Positions 43,130 to 63,959 of a DNA stretch of 64,000 nucleotides are shown here, in pieces (the first letter of the stretch is position 1; every line of letters begins with the position of its first letter). Under the pieces are notes generated by a model that was given only the letters and a program-made list of their open reading frames with translations, was not told the DNA's origin and made no database searches. Position numbers and translations under genes: made by a program. The DNA comes from the human T2T-CHM13v2.0 reference genome, Homo sapiens: the NCBI RefSeq assembly GCF_009914755.1, contig NC_060945.1. One strand, written 5' to 3'.

Positions 43130-43732
43130 CTCTACATCCAATAACCAACTTAACAGAAATACAGAGGAACATATTAAACTACTCCAACAGGATACAATGG
43201 GCAACATCCAAACTGTGGGGAAACTATAGATAACCTAGGTCCTTCAACGAAGAAACTGCAAGCGAATTTTTTTTAAACTGCATAGATAGGTGAAATTTAT
43301 ATTTTAAGTTTCTTTTATTCTACAGCAACCAATTGTAACATGCAGGCTTCGTTTTGCTCCTGATTCAAACAACCTAAATAAAATACCATTATGAGACAAC
43401 TGGAAACTTGAACATCAATAAATAGTGTGATAATGGTGTTGCAGTTTTTTTAAAAAGGAATCTTTTCCTTCCATCATAACCGTCACTATGAAAAAAAGTG
43501 GGGAGGGGAATCCTTATCTTTTAGAAATACAGAATGAAATATTTGCAGAAGAAATTATATAAAACCTAGGATTCGCTTTAGGTACAAGATGAAGCAGTTA
43601 GGAAAGAATTGGCCATGGGTTGACAGATACATAGGGGTTTATACAATTCTGTCTACTCTGTATAGGTTCAAAATTATCCTCTGCTTATTGTGAAAAAAAC
43701 TTTAAATATTTTGGTAAATTAAATCAACTAAG

Positions 43733-46003
<2,271 letters not shown>

Positions 46004-46214
46004 AGGTATGTCTATTTTTAAGCATCCTTAAATATCACATTTAAGAACGACTACTCTAAATCACTGTCTTTCAAAACAGCACAGAGTCCTATCTTCAGCT
46101 GAAGCACTTATTAAAAATACAAATTCGTGAGACCCACACCATACCTACTGAGTCAAAATCTCTGAGGATGGGAAACAGAAACTAAGATTTCCTAGATGAT
46201 TCTGAAGCACACTA

Positions 46215-46472
<258 letters not shown>

Positions 46473-46776
46473 CTAAGAAAAACTCAAATAACAATTTCTA
46501 GAGGGTCACAAAAATCTATGTTCAAGAAGCCCTAATGACACAATTTCTTCCCAATTCTATTCTTCTGTATTCAGTAACATAGACTTCTTACTATAAAAAG
46601 ATTTTTTATTAATTTTATTTTTAGTAATTATTTTAACAATAATTTGACATTTGATACTTATTACTATTAAAACAACATTTCAACCAGTATTTCCTTTTAA
46701 ATTTTAATACAGCATTTATAAAGGTTGTTGAGAAATTTAAAAACAATTATTTCAGGCATCTCAAAGGCCAACCTTA

Positions 46777-46971
<195 letters not shown>

Positions 46972-47080
46972 TTATTCAACATTTTACCAACTAGTATACT
47001 TTAACAGAAAAGCCCTGGAGGTTTATTAGACTATTTCTGAAGAAAAAGAAAATTAAGACATCTCAGATACAGCAGCAACA

Positions 47081-47295
47081 ACAACTAACATTTGTGTAGC
47101 ACTTTACAATTCACAAAGTGCTTTCAACATACATTAGCTCATTGAATCCTCACAACAACCCTGTGAGGTAGGTATTTTTGCCAATTTACAAGTGAGGTAA
47201 CTGAGGCTCAAAGGTTCCAGGACCTTTAAAGAGATCCACAGCAAATGATTGGTAAAGATGGACCATAAAACCAGATCTTTTGACTCCAAGTCCCA
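47081..47295. mobile_element. MIR SINE
   Basis: MIR core AATCCTCACAACAACCCTGTGAGGTAGG...AACTGAGGCTCA. Confidence 0.8.
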
Positions 47296-48936
47296 TTTAA
47301 TGCCAAGTGTTTATTTTTCAATGTAGAATTATATCATACAATACTAAAGATGAAAGGTCTTACAACTGATCCAACTTTTCAAAAATGGAAGCTTTTATAA
47401 GGAAAAAGTTCTTTGATTTATATGAAAATTCATGACTTGTTCAGTTTTAAAATTAATTTGGCCAATACTACCATGACTTTAGTCTCTATCTTTAGGAAGT
47501 ACCAATAAATTATATAGCTTTCCCTTCATTGTAGGATCACAGAAAATCCTCTACTGAAGAGCACATACGTAGGATCTGTGACTCTGAACACTAATTCAAA
47601 GTCCATCCCTCCTTGACCTACCAGCAAATGCACTAAGAAAAAAAAGTCTGCCCTCCTCTATAGGAGATAGCATCAGAACATAGGTTTGAAGCAGTCACAC
47701 TGTGCCAGAAATTAGTTTCTTCATAACTCAAAGAAGAAAGGGAAGGCATCATACTAAACCTCTACTGAGCCTCGGGTGCCCCAAACTAACAGACATATTG
47801 CATTTTACATGAATGGATTCATTACCACTATCATGACCAAAGAGCAGTTACAAGGCATCCTCCTGGGGTACCAGTACAAAACAAACAGAGAATATGCCCC
47901 TACCCTAGGGCAGCTTGCTGAAGACTCTTCTAAGGTCTGGCCAGTTCTAAATCACTGCTCATCACAAAACAACGACATGGAGCTTGACACAAGTAAAGAA
48001 AACAAAGGAAAACAGGCTACCAATTAACTACCATATAACCAGCTAAAATAGAATAATTACAAAGTGAATAGGGACACAGAAGAGGAAGAATATAAACAGT
48101 GTCCTGATTAGTGCCACAGGGTGACATGGCTAGAGCACTAAGAAACAACTAAAGCTAACAAACCAGTCTGGCACGGAACTAAGAGGGAGGGGTGTTCTTT
48201 CTCAGTTAAGCTTTATACTGGTGGTGCAGCTAAGAGTAGCATCACATCAGCAATAGCTCGTAATAAAAAATAATCATGGGATGAACTTGATGTATACTCA
48301 GCATCAGAAGAACCAACAATCTTTGCCCATTAGCAGTTTAGCCACATGTACACATATATTATATCACATACATATACTTAGTCTAAGTCATATATACCAA
48401 GCTAACAGAAAAAGAATAGCAATTTCAAACATTTTGCTAGCACATAACTTGGCAAAAAAATTAAATTAGTAAAAAAAGAACCATGCAATTTTACATTTGT
48501 GGTGCTTGTTTTCAAGCTGCTACCAAATTTAGAAAATCACTTCCCTTTATAACAAAGGGCTTTCAGAAGCTAAATATCAAATGAAATACCTCTAGCATTT
48601 AAAGAGTTTATTAGACACATACAATTACATTCAATGAAGTTATGAGTGAGCTACAAAATGGAAAATTAAGAACTCACATTGATAAAACCTCAAACAACAT
48701 CTCAGAATAAATTCAAGCTTTTTAGCTTAACATCTATATCTTTATCAACTTTTTAATGCAGAAGGACCCATTAAACACTTATGTAATAAAATTCAATGTT
48801 CTATGCTAAATGCAGAGAATTTTATAGTCCACAGCATGATTTATAGTTACATTATCACCTTTCTTCCACAATGCTTACATTACTTCACAATTATAATAAT
48901 TATTAGGCTATTAATACAAAGCAGAACACTTCTTCA

Positions 48937-49098
<162 letters not shown>

Positions 49099-49453
49099 CT
49101 AGTTGGAGAGCAAGTTTTAATGACAACAGCTTAATAATATCAAAAACTATTAAATACTTAGGGATAAGTCTGGCAAAATGTGAAAAACATACACTGAAAA
49201 CTGTAAAACATGCTGAGAGAAATTAAAGACGACTTAAATAAACAATAAGCTGATCTACAGATTTGAGCTACAGATTCAAACCTGTAACACTCAAAACTTC
49301 AGCAACATTTTTTTTTGTAGAAATTGACAATTTTGTTCTAAAATTTATATGCAAATGACCTGGAAAAGCACCTCTGAAAAAGAAAAAAGGTTGCAGAGCT
49401 AACAAAACTTAATCTCAAGACTTGAAATCAAGACTTTACTCAAAATTGCACTA

Positions 49454-49761
<308 letters not shown>

Positions 49762-51473
49762 TCAAAAAAAAAAAATATATATATATGCTAACTGGCCTGT
49801 AAGTGAAGCATACATCTTTGAGAGAGATGTTAAGATATCAAAGATCCTATAAGACATCATTTAGTATCTAAATCATGGATAACTGGTTCTCAACAACATA
49901 CTAGGCAGTAAAAAACATTAATTCTTTCAGTAAGTACTGACAGCCTATTAGGTGCCAGGAGCCATAAGTGGATATACCTATGGATTACTATAGACAAATA
50001 TATGTCTGTTATAATTTTAAATGAAAAATAATCATTTATTTACTCCAACGTAAGAGATAAAAGATATTGCTCTCATCTCGACAATGAGAATAGGCTGGAT
50101 AAACTTTAAAAAATGTATAAACCCATCACAGCTGAAGAAACAAAGAAAAATCTACATTAACTAATCCCACAAAGTACAAGCTTTTCTGGGAACAGAAAAG
50201 GGACTCAGGCTGGGCACGGTGGCTCACGCTTGTAATCCCAACACTTTGGGAGGCCGAGGCAGGTGGATCACTAGAGGTCAAGAGCTCGAGACCAGCCTGG
50301 CGGAAATGGTGACATCCCATCTCTACTAAAAAAAAAAAACACAAAAATTAGCTGGGTGTGGTGGTAGGCGCCTGTAATCCCAGCTACTTAGGAGGCTGAG
50401 GTATGAAATCACTTGAACCTGGGAGGCGGAGGTTGCAGTGAACCAAGATCATGCTATAGCACTCCACAGCCTGGGCGACAAGAGTGAAACTCCATCTAAA
50501 AAAAATAAAGTTAAAGAAAAGGGACTCATAGCTGCTTACACCCCTAGCAGAGAGGCAGGAAGAACTGACCTCAGAAAAGAATAAGAAAAAACCACTCAAA
50601 CCTCTAACAAACTTAATGGCTACTTGTGGCCGGCATGACTGATTAGAATCCTAAGGCGCCTCAGTTACAGTGAGTCTGCACACCTACCACAATTTTTTCC
50701 CATAGGCCTTCACCAACTGCATAGGGCCCAAACACTAAAGCCAGGGCAGCCCTGGAAGAAATGCACTGTAGTGGCCCTCCTAAGGCTAGAGATAGGACAA
50801 CAGGGTGGAGAATGATCTCTTCTGACATGGAAAGCCTAGAGCAGGACGGCAAGGCAGAGCGAACTCTGTAGCAACCTAAAAAGTTGGCAGTCAGGTACAA
50901 AGTAGAAAAAGATCTCACAAAGTTTGGAAAGGTGGCAACTCCAGTGTAAAAAATAAGACATCTCAGAAATTTCATGAGGGCCAAATGTCAAACTCTGCTG
51001 GAAGGGAAAGTATTGATGCCACCCTCAAAGCATGGAAAGCCAGTGATTTACTGAATGTAACAAAGCTCAGAGATGATCAATTACAAATTAGATTGACCCT
51101 GTCTCACACACTAACTGCTTGAGAAAAGAGCACATCTTTACCAGAGGTAAATACATTACTGCAGCCTCTACTCTTTACACAAAAAGTTACAGCATACCTC
51201 AAAAAAATGATGAGATACACAACAAAGCTAGATATATGACCCATGGTCAAGAGGGGAAATGGTCAATAGAAGCAGACCTAGAGATGGCCCAGATGTTCAA
51301 AAATGCTTAGCTGTTATTTCTTCAAACTACTTCTCCCCTCTATCCTTTCCACTTGGGACTTTAATTACACATTAAACTATTTGATATCATACCACTTATT
51401 CAAAAAGCTCAGAGAACCCAAGAAAAATAAATGCAAAGAAAACCCACTTTGGGAGGCCAAGGCGGGCAGATTA

Positions 51474-52252
<779 letters not shown>

Positions 52253-52597
52253 AGGACAACATAGTAAAACTGCTGAAAATCAAAGACAAAATAAAAATCC
52301 TAAAAGCAACCAGACCAAAAACAACATTATTTTCAAAGGAGCAATAAGACTGCTAAATTTCCAACATTAGGAAGGCATAAGGCAGTAGAACATCTTTACT
52401 GTGCCGGAAAAAAAAAAAAAAAGGACTATGAATCAGAATTCCATAGCTACTGAAGTCACTGTCAACAAACCTTTGTTAAAAAGCTTTGTGTGTTTTTTTT
52501 TTTTTTTTTTTTTTTTGAGACAGTCTTGCTCCGTGGTCCAGGCTGGAGTGTAGTGGCCCCAATGCTGGATCACTGCAACCTCCACCTCCCAGGTTGA

Positions 52598-52807
<210 letters not shown>

Positions 52808-54084
52808 TAAAAGAAATAACAAAATAAGTTCTGCAGACAGAAGAAAAATTACCACAAATAGGTCCCATGGAAGTGGAGGAAAAAATTTAAAATACCAGAA
52901 AAGATGTATAGGTAGGTAAGCAAGTGATTATTGACTTTAAAACAACAGTAACAACATCTTGAAACTTTTATAATATGTGGTAAGGCCGGGCTGAGAGCAG
53001 TGGCTCAGACTTGTAATCTCAGCACTTTGGAAAGCTGAAGTGGGCAGATCACCTGAGGTCAGGAGTTCAAGACCAGCCTGGCTAACATGGTGAAACCCCA
53101 CCTCTACTAAAAATACAAAAATTAGCCAGGCATGGTGGCACATGCTTGTAATCCCAGCTACTTGGGAGGCTGAGGCACAAGAATCACGAATCTGGGAGGT
53201 AAAAGTTGCAGTGAGCCAAGGTCACACCACTGCACTCACTCCTAGGTGACAGAGTGAGACTCCGTCTTAAAAAAAAAAAAAAAAAAGTAAGGCCAGGCAT
53301 GGTGGCTCATGCCTGTAATCCCAGCACTTTGGGAGGCCCAGACAGGCGGATCACTTGAGGCCAAGAGTTCAAGACCAGCCTGGGCAACATGGCAAAACCT
53401 CATCTCTACTAAAAATACAGAAAGTAGCTGGGTGTGGTGGCATGCTCCTGCAATTCCAGCTACTTGGGAGGCTGAGGCAGAGAACTGCTTGAACCCAGGA
53501 GACAAAGGTTGCAGTGAGCCGAGATCACACCACCACACTCCATCCTGCACAACAGAGACTCCGTCTCAAAAAAAAAGATTACTAGCTCAAAGCGACAGGA
53601 TGGTGACAACTAACAGTTATAACTTTATTTATTTGGGAAGTGGTAAAGGAACTAATGTAAAGTAATGTATATTGGTAATGTATATTGAAACCTCTAGGGA
53701 AACCACCAAAAGAATAATAAAAGGATATATAACTAAAAAGAAATAAAGAGGCCAGGTGCAGTGACTCACACCTGTAATCCCAGCACTTTGAGAGGCCAAG
53801 ACAGGTGGATCACTAATGGTCAGGAGTTCAAGACCAGCCTGGCAAATGTGGTGAAACCCCATTTGTACTAAAACTACAAAGATTAGCCGGGCATGGTAGC
53901 AGGTGACTGTAATCTCAGCTACTTGAGAGGCTGAGGCAGGAGAATCGCTTGAGCCCAGGAGGCAGAGGTTGCAGTAAGCCAAGATCACACAACTGCGCCC
54001 CAGCCTGGGCAACAGAGCGAGACTCCATCTCCAAAAAAAAAAAAAAAAAAAAATTATTAAAAAAATGAAGAAAAGGAATAGTTA

Positions 54085-54745
<661 letters not shown>

Positions 54746-55372
54746 TTAATCAAAAAAAAAAAGTGAGAGAAAGAATAAAGAAAAAATGAGATAAAGAACA
54801 GGTAGACTTAAACCCAATTATGTTTAATTATGTTAAATACAAATGAGCAAGGCACAGTGGCTCACACCTATAATCCCAGCACTTTGGGAAGCCAAGGCGG
54901 GAGGACTGCCTGAGTCCAAGAGTTCAAGATGAGCCTAGGCCATATAGTGAGACGTCTCTAGAAAAAAAAATTTTTTTTAATTAGCCGGCCATGATGGCAT
55001 ACACGTATAGACTCAGCTACTCAGGAGGCTGAGGCAGGAGGATCCCTTGAACCCAGGAGGTCAAAGCTGCAGTGTGCCATGATCATGCCACTGCACTCCA
55101 CCCTGGGCAACAAAGTGAGAACTTGTCTGGAAAACAAAAAAAAAAATACAAATGACCAAAACATCACTAAAAGAATGCACATAAAACTACACGCTGTTTA
55201 CGGGAGATAAACTTTAAACATGTGAACACAAAAAGGTTGAAAGGAAAAGGACAGAAAAAGATACACTGTGCCATTGCTAACCAAAAGAAGTTGGTGTGGC
55301 TATATTAATGTAAGGCAAAGCAGATGGGAAGACAAGAAGATTATAATGAATAAAGCATTTTCTAATATTTAA

Positions 55373-55702
<330 letters not shown>

Positions 55703-56226
55703 TGACCTCAAGTGATCTGCCCGCCTTGGCCCCCTAAAGTGTTGGGATTACATGCGTGAGCCACCACATCTGGCCGTAGTTGGAGATTTTAACAAATCTT
55801 TCTCAGGAATCAATACAGTAAGCTTGCAAAAATCCATAAGGATACATATGATCTGAAAATAAACAAGTCACTCAACTTTTATCCCTTAGATACAAATAAC
55901 TTCTTGTTGTTGGGTGAGCCTATGGAAACTAGTAACTACTCTCTTTTAAGGTAGCACAGCCAGCCAGGCACAGTAGTTCACACCTGTAATCCCAGCACTT
56001 TGGGAGGCCAAGGTCGGTGGATCACCTGAGGTCAGGAGTTTGAGACACCAGCCTGACCATTATGGTGAAATCCCATCTCTACTAAAAATACAAAAATTAG
56101 GCCTGGTGCAGTGGCTCACGCCTGTAATTCCAGCACTTTGGGAGGCTGAGGTGGGTGGATCACAAGGTCAAGAGATAGAGACCATCCTGGCCAACACGGT
56201 GAAACCCTGTCTCTACTAAAAATTCA

Positions 56227-56502
<276 letters not shown>

Positions 56503-56585
56503 TCATTATTGGGTCACTGCAGTCCAGCCTGGACAACAAGAGACCCAAACTCAAAAAACAAAGAATTGAGACTAGTTATCTTTAA

Positions 56586-56867
<282 letters not shown>

Positions 56868-57390
56868 TGAGCCACCGCACCTGGCCTAGATATCTTTAAA
56901 TATCTAACCCTGCATTGGGCCTGTCAAATCCATGTTATTTAATTGTAATTTTCATGTATACGAGTGGTAAAGACAGAGGAGGAAGGAAATATAACTACAG
57001 AACTGAGCCTAAGAATTCGGAAGGACTAGGTTTGTAGAGGGGTTTATTTAAAGGGAAAGAGATTAAGAGACTTAATAATTGAATAATGTGTTACATTTTT
57101 GTGGGCCATTTTCTTTGACCGGAAAAAATACCAGAAGATCCTTATATTTAGTGTATCATTAGAAAACTCATTAAGATTTAAAGAAATATATTGGAGTAGT
57201 CCTTTTGTGTGAGGAACAGACTTAAAAGTTATTTATACTGAAATCAGAATTTGGTTTATTAGAATTGCAAGTAGTCATTTTTCTTAAACCTTCAAGTACA
57301 AATCTTATTTATAAATCCAGAAACAAATAGTTACTTTTATTCTTTGGTTACTGTTTAATTGATAATTGAAAATTTGTTTATTTATTTTGA

Positions 57391-57630
<240 letters not shown>

Positions 57631-58695
57631 TAAAGTGCTGGGATGACAGGTGTGAGCCACTGAGCCTGGTTATAATTGAAAATTTAATCATAAAATATTT
57701 TATACCACTTACACATTTAATCAAATTTCCTTGGGCATTTTTCACTACACTTAGAAGCGTACAGTTATTTTAATCACCTCAGCAGGGTTAACTTAGACAA
57801 ACCTAACCATGAATTTTCTAAGACTAAACTTGTAAATAGATTTCAAATTTATTTTGTAATTTTTTTTACTCTATCAAACAAATAAATGTAACTCAGTAAT
57901 TACAAAACTTGTTACTACATCAGAATATGTACTTGTATGAATATCAATGTATTATATGTATATATTTTATGTATATATGTTTGTATGTATATATTGCACA
58001 TATTATATGTATATATACTTGTGTGAATACATTTGTACTTTCCTTTTTCTTCATCTTCGCTTGTTAACCTTCCTGGGTTATGACTTAATTACCCAAACTG
58101 GGAGGAGACTGGTATTACCATTTTAAGTACTCTACAGGATTAAGGAATCAGGTTATGATAGAAGATTATAGGCTATGACTTGGAACTTGGGTGCACTGCC
58201 AGATACTTTAAGTCTTAGGCTGAGCCTTTTTTAATAGTAAAACCCCTTTAAAACAAAAACCTCTTTTACAATTTTGTATTTCCCACAAGTCTTGAAACTA
58301 ATCCCATTATCATTTAATTTTCACAGTGGAACTCTAAAAGACCCTTCCATCCTGAGGGTAGCTAATTTCTTTCCTCTATAGATTCTGTATTGTCATTGAC
58401 TATAGAGATCTATCATTCTATAGGTATTTCATTTGTAACTTGGGGACACTTAATGATCATGGTAGTGTGATTGATGAGTTACAGTCTAGCAATATAGCAG
58501 TGCAGGTAGAGACTAGAAACTTGGGAGCTGGACACGGAGGCTCACACCTGTAAACCAAGGTTTTGTAAACTTTTTTTCTACAGATGAGGTGTTGCTTATG
58601 TTGCCCAGGCTGCTCTCAAACCCCTGGCACCAAGTGATCCTCCCACCTCAGACTCTCAAGTCTCTGTGTAGCCTTAGCCACCACACTTGGCTTCA

Positions 58696-58890
<195 letters not shown>

Positions 58891-59091
58891 TCAGGAGGCT
58901 GAGGCAGGAGAACTGCATGAACCTGTGAGGCAGAGGTTGCAGTCAGCCAAGATTATACCACTGCACTCCAGCCTGGGCAACAGAATGACACCTTGTCTCA
59001 AAAAAAAAAAAAAAAAAGCAAAAGTACCAAAAATACTCTTGCCCCCAAATACAGGTTGGAATAACAGCATGGTCACAAGTTTAAGATAAAT

Positions 59092-59256
59092 TGTGGCTTT
59101 ACAAACACTAATACTAGAATCATCTAAAAAGCTTTTTAAAATACTGATGTCCAGTCCCACCACAAAGATTCTGATTTAACTGGTTTGGGGCATACTCTGG
59201 GCAACCAGATTTTATAAAGCTCCCCAGATGATTCTCATCTGAAGATGAAAACCACT
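59092..59256. mobile_element. MER5B-like fragment
   Basis: AGATTCTGATTTAACTGGTTTGGGG...AAGCTCCCCAGATGATTCT. Confidence 0.7.
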
Positions 59257-59434
59257 AAGAAAAAGGAACAAGTTACCATCATAAGGAACAATAAGACAAA
59301 TACAGAATGTAAAACATTCTACAGGATAAATGATTTGGTCTCCAGTAAATCAATGGCATAGAAACAAGACTATTCAAGATAAAAAGAGATTTAAGATAAT
59401 CAGGGAAGGGGCAGGATGCGGTGAGTCACACCTA

Positions 59435-59727
<293 letters not shown>

Positions 59728-59856
59728 TCACACCTGTAATTCCAACTTTGGGAGGAGCATTTGAGACCAGCCTGGACAACATAGCGAGTCTTTTTCTCTA
59801 GGGGAAAAAAAAAAAACTTAGCCAGGTGTGGTGGCACATGCCTGTGGTCCCAGCTA

Positions 59857-59991
<135 letters not shown>

Positions 59992-60121
59992 TCAGTCAAT
60001 GCATGTATGGACCTTTCTCAAGACCAAATCAAACTAATTGTAAAAAGACACCCAGGGAGGCCGGGCGCGGTGGCTCACGCCTGTAATCCCAGCACTTTGG
60101 GAGGCAGAGGCAGGCGGATCA

Positions 60122-60465
<344 letters not shown>

Positions 60466-63357
60466 TTAGAGATGAAATGTAGTGTCTGGAATCTGCCTTA
60501 AAACATTCCAACACATTAACCAGTGAAATGAATGGCTTTCTGGAATTTGCTTAAAAACAAGGCAGCAGACAATATGCAACATTCTCTGATAATCACTGAA
60601 GTTGGAAAATGGGCACCTAGTGGGTGGGTCATTTATTCTATTATTTTTGTTTGAAGATGTCCATTGATAGTTTCTTAAAACATATGTATACCTCAAACAG
60701 AAACCAAAGTAAATATAGCAAGTTAGTAACTTTCAAAATTCAAATTTGTTGGCCAGGCGCAGTGGCTCACGCCTGTAATCCCAGCACTTTGGGACACAGA
60801 GGCGGGCAGATCACCTGAAGTTAGGAGTTCAAGACCAGCCTGGCCAACATGGTGAAACCCCTTCTCCACTAAAAATATAAAAATTAGCCAGGTGCCTGTA
60901 ATCCCAGCACTTTGGGACACAGAGGCAGGCAGATCACCTGAAGTCAGGAGTTCGAGACCAGCCTGGCCAACAGGGTGAAACCCCATCTCTACTAAAAATA
61001 CAAAAATTAGCCAGGTGCCTGTAATCCCAGCTACTGAGGAGGCTGAGGCAGGAGGATCACTTGAACCCAGGAGGCAGAGGTTGCAGTGAGCCGAGGCTGC
61101 TCCTCAAAACAGACTGTCTCAAAAAAAAAAATAATTATTATTCAAATTTGATGATATACAGGGGTGCATTACATTATTCTCATTTGTGTACATCTGAAAT
61201 ACTTCTTTTTTGTTGTTGCGTTTCGAGACAGGGTCTCGCTCACCTAGGCTGGAGCACAGTGGCTTGATCAGGGCTCACTACATCCTCAACCTCACTTTAG
61301 GCAGGTCTAGAACTCCTGGCCTCAAGCGTCCTGCCAAAGTGCTGGGATTACAGGTGTTAGCACCGCAGCTGGCCTGGAATACTTCTTAATAAGGTATTTT
61401 TAAAAGACTTTGAAAGTTTAGAAACGATACATATACCATTAACAAAAGAATAATTCTCTACACATGAGGCTCATCATCACTCAGTCCTGGGGGACTGGAG
61501 GGCAGAGAGGAAGGTAAAAAAAGAAAGGACACCCACCAGACAGACCAAATCAGGGAGGCAATGATAGATGCCATATGTCATAGCCAAATCACAGCCATAT
61601 TATCACAGAATTTAAGTGATTTTAAACAATAGTAAGTAGGGTTTTAAGCAATTCTACCAACAAAAGCCAAAAAATTTATATAAATTTTTTTTTTAAAAAA
61701 AAGAAACTAGGCCTTGCTCCATCTCCCAGGCTGGAGTGCAGTGGCAGGAGGATAGTTCAATGCAGCCTCAAACTCCCAGAGTCAAGTGATCCTTCCGCCT
61801 CAGCCTCCGAAATAGCTGGGACTACAGGCACGCACCACCACAGCCGCCTAATTTTCTGTTACTTATTCTTTGTGGAGACAAGAGTTGGTCTGAACTCCTG
61901 GCCTCAAGTGATCCTCCCACCTCGGCCTCCTAATGTGCTGAGATTGCAGCCATGAGCCACTGCACCCAGCCCCTATAAATGTATTTTAAAAGTAACTTTT
62001 CCAGTAGTTACAGCACTACATTTGTTTCAAGTTATTTTCTCTCAGGTAGTACGACAACAGCGTCATAACCAGTAATGCTTTTCCGCTTCACCGATAAGGC
62101 TATATTATCCGTGAAGAAAACTAAAAGAGGGCATCCTTTAAATGTTTCCTCAACGTTTACAAAAATAAACTATCTCAAAATGTCAAACTCAACACATTGC
62201 CATCAGAATTTTTAGAACTCATTCCCTTGAAAACATCCACTGTTAAAGTGTTTACTTCAAAATCTAAGAAAGCAAATATTAAAATTATTTATTACTTGCA
62301 CCAGGCTTCAAGTGTTAACTGTTCATGGAAATAACACATCCTCTGGTCTCTTCTGTTGTCTAATTCAAAACCAGTAATCTTCTACCACTTTTTTTTCTTC
62401 TTTTCACTTGCCACCATACTCTACCACTCAAGTGTTACAGGTCTTCCAACTGTGGTAAAAGATCACTCAGAAGCTCTTTTCTTTCTCAATTGTTTTCCTT
62501 ATACAAGATGCTGAATATGGCCTGGCAATTAATGAATTCCTTTATCCTAATAACGAAACGGCAAAAATATATTCCTGAAAAATGTCTCCAGTAAAAACAA
62601 ACGAATCCCTGCAACTGCTGTAACTATAGATAAAAGCAAGTTATATAGAAACATTAACCAAGTTCACAAAAGAAATGAGACTGTAATGCAAGATTAACCG
62701 AGCTCAAAAGAAAAGTGCCTATTTAAAGCACTTTATTGTGTTATCTACAAGATCAGTGTGAAACTCATCAATCAACTACTGCGTTCAACAAATATTGTAC
62801 AGTAGAAAGGAGCACAAGCACTACAGTGGCATATTCATACAGCTGCAAGATTTTTATGACGCTGCTGACAAAACAAAAAATAAAAAGCTCAACACAAGAA
62901 CATTTCTCCACCTTCAGAGACCAATGATTCTATTCCTAGGGAACAAGTGGGGGGACAGACCCGGGCGGGGCAAGAGCAGGGAGGCCAATCAGAGCGCGAG
63001 TTACAAGCGCGGTGGAGTGGGGAAGCGAATGAAACCGCCCAGTTGAATGGCTGGCTGCGCACGCCACACCCCCGCAGAGGCGGCCGCACCTGGAGCCCCA
63101 CCCCTGCCGCAGGACCTCCGCGAGTCGCCCCCACCGCTCCGCCCCGCGCCGCCCCCAATGACTGTTTCCTGCCAAAACAAACCTGGCCGCCTCAAAAACA
63201 AAACAAAATCTTCAGCCGGGAACGCAGCTATGCCCGGGCCGCCCCCCAGTGCGGGTCACACTTTGCACCCCACGGGCCGGGGTCCCCGCGAGGGGAAGGG
63301 GCGGGGGCGGGGGGCGGTGCACGGAAAACCCGGGGAGCAAACGTGCCCAATGCTCAC

Positions 63358-63417
63358 CAACTCCTCGTAGCTCCTGTTGTGCTCGTTGCCCTCCCAGTCC
63401 AATCTCTTCGGCAACAA
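63358..63417 (-). CDS. BRWD1: BRWD1 exon 4
   Basis: 60 nt, [20 protein letters not shown], donor GTGAGC. Confidence 0.95.
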
Positions 63418-63588
63418 CTGGAAAGACACGAAACGCACACGAGTGACCACCGCTCCGGCGCGGGGGGGGCGGGGGGCGGGGGGCCGGGGGCCGGGGGCGG
63501 GCGGCGGGCGGGGGGCGCGGGCGAGCATCCCTCAGGGCAAGGTCGGCAGGAGGAACCCGAGGGAGCGCGGGGACGGGCGCGCACAGAC

Positions 63589-63618
63589 CTGGTACTGCTC
63601 CAGCTCCTGCACCAGCAC
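63589..63618 (-). CDS. BRWD1: BRWD1 exon 3 (30 nt)
   Basis: CAG|GTG...CAG|GTCTGT, VLVQELEQYQ. Confidence 0.93.
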
Positions 63619-63757
63619 CTGCGGCCGAGAGACGCGCGGTCAGGGGTGGGGTCGGGCCCGGGGCGCTCCCGTTTCACCCCCGCCCACCACCCGCGACCCC
63701 CGGCGGCGGGGACACTGGGGACGCCAAGTCCGCAGCCGCCCGCGGGCCCGCACTCAC

Positions 63758-63816
63758 CTGGGCCGCTCTCCGACACGGGCCCGCCGATAGGTACCGGGCG
63801 ATAAGGAAGTACAGCT
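63758..63816 (-). CDS. BRWD1: BRWD1 exon 2 (LisH-like helix)
   Basis: 59 nt, CAG|...CAG|GTGAGT, (E)[19 protein letters not shown]. Confidence 0.95.
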
Positions 63817-63959
63817 CTGCGGGAAGACAAGGAGTCAGGTCAAGCCCCGGCGGGGAGGGGAGGGGGACGGGGCCAGGGGAGCCGGGGGAGCCCGGGGAGC
63901 CGGGGAAGCCGAAGCAGCCGGGAGCGCCAGGGCGGGGGTGGCACGGCCTCGCGTCTTAC

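Noticed and set aside
62947-63804. 285-aa plus-strand ORF and other long ORFs over the CpG island
   Set aside because: Starts at GTG and is G/A/R/P-rich and low complexity; stop codons are rare in GC-rich DNA; it lies antisense to real exons and shows no recognisable domain.
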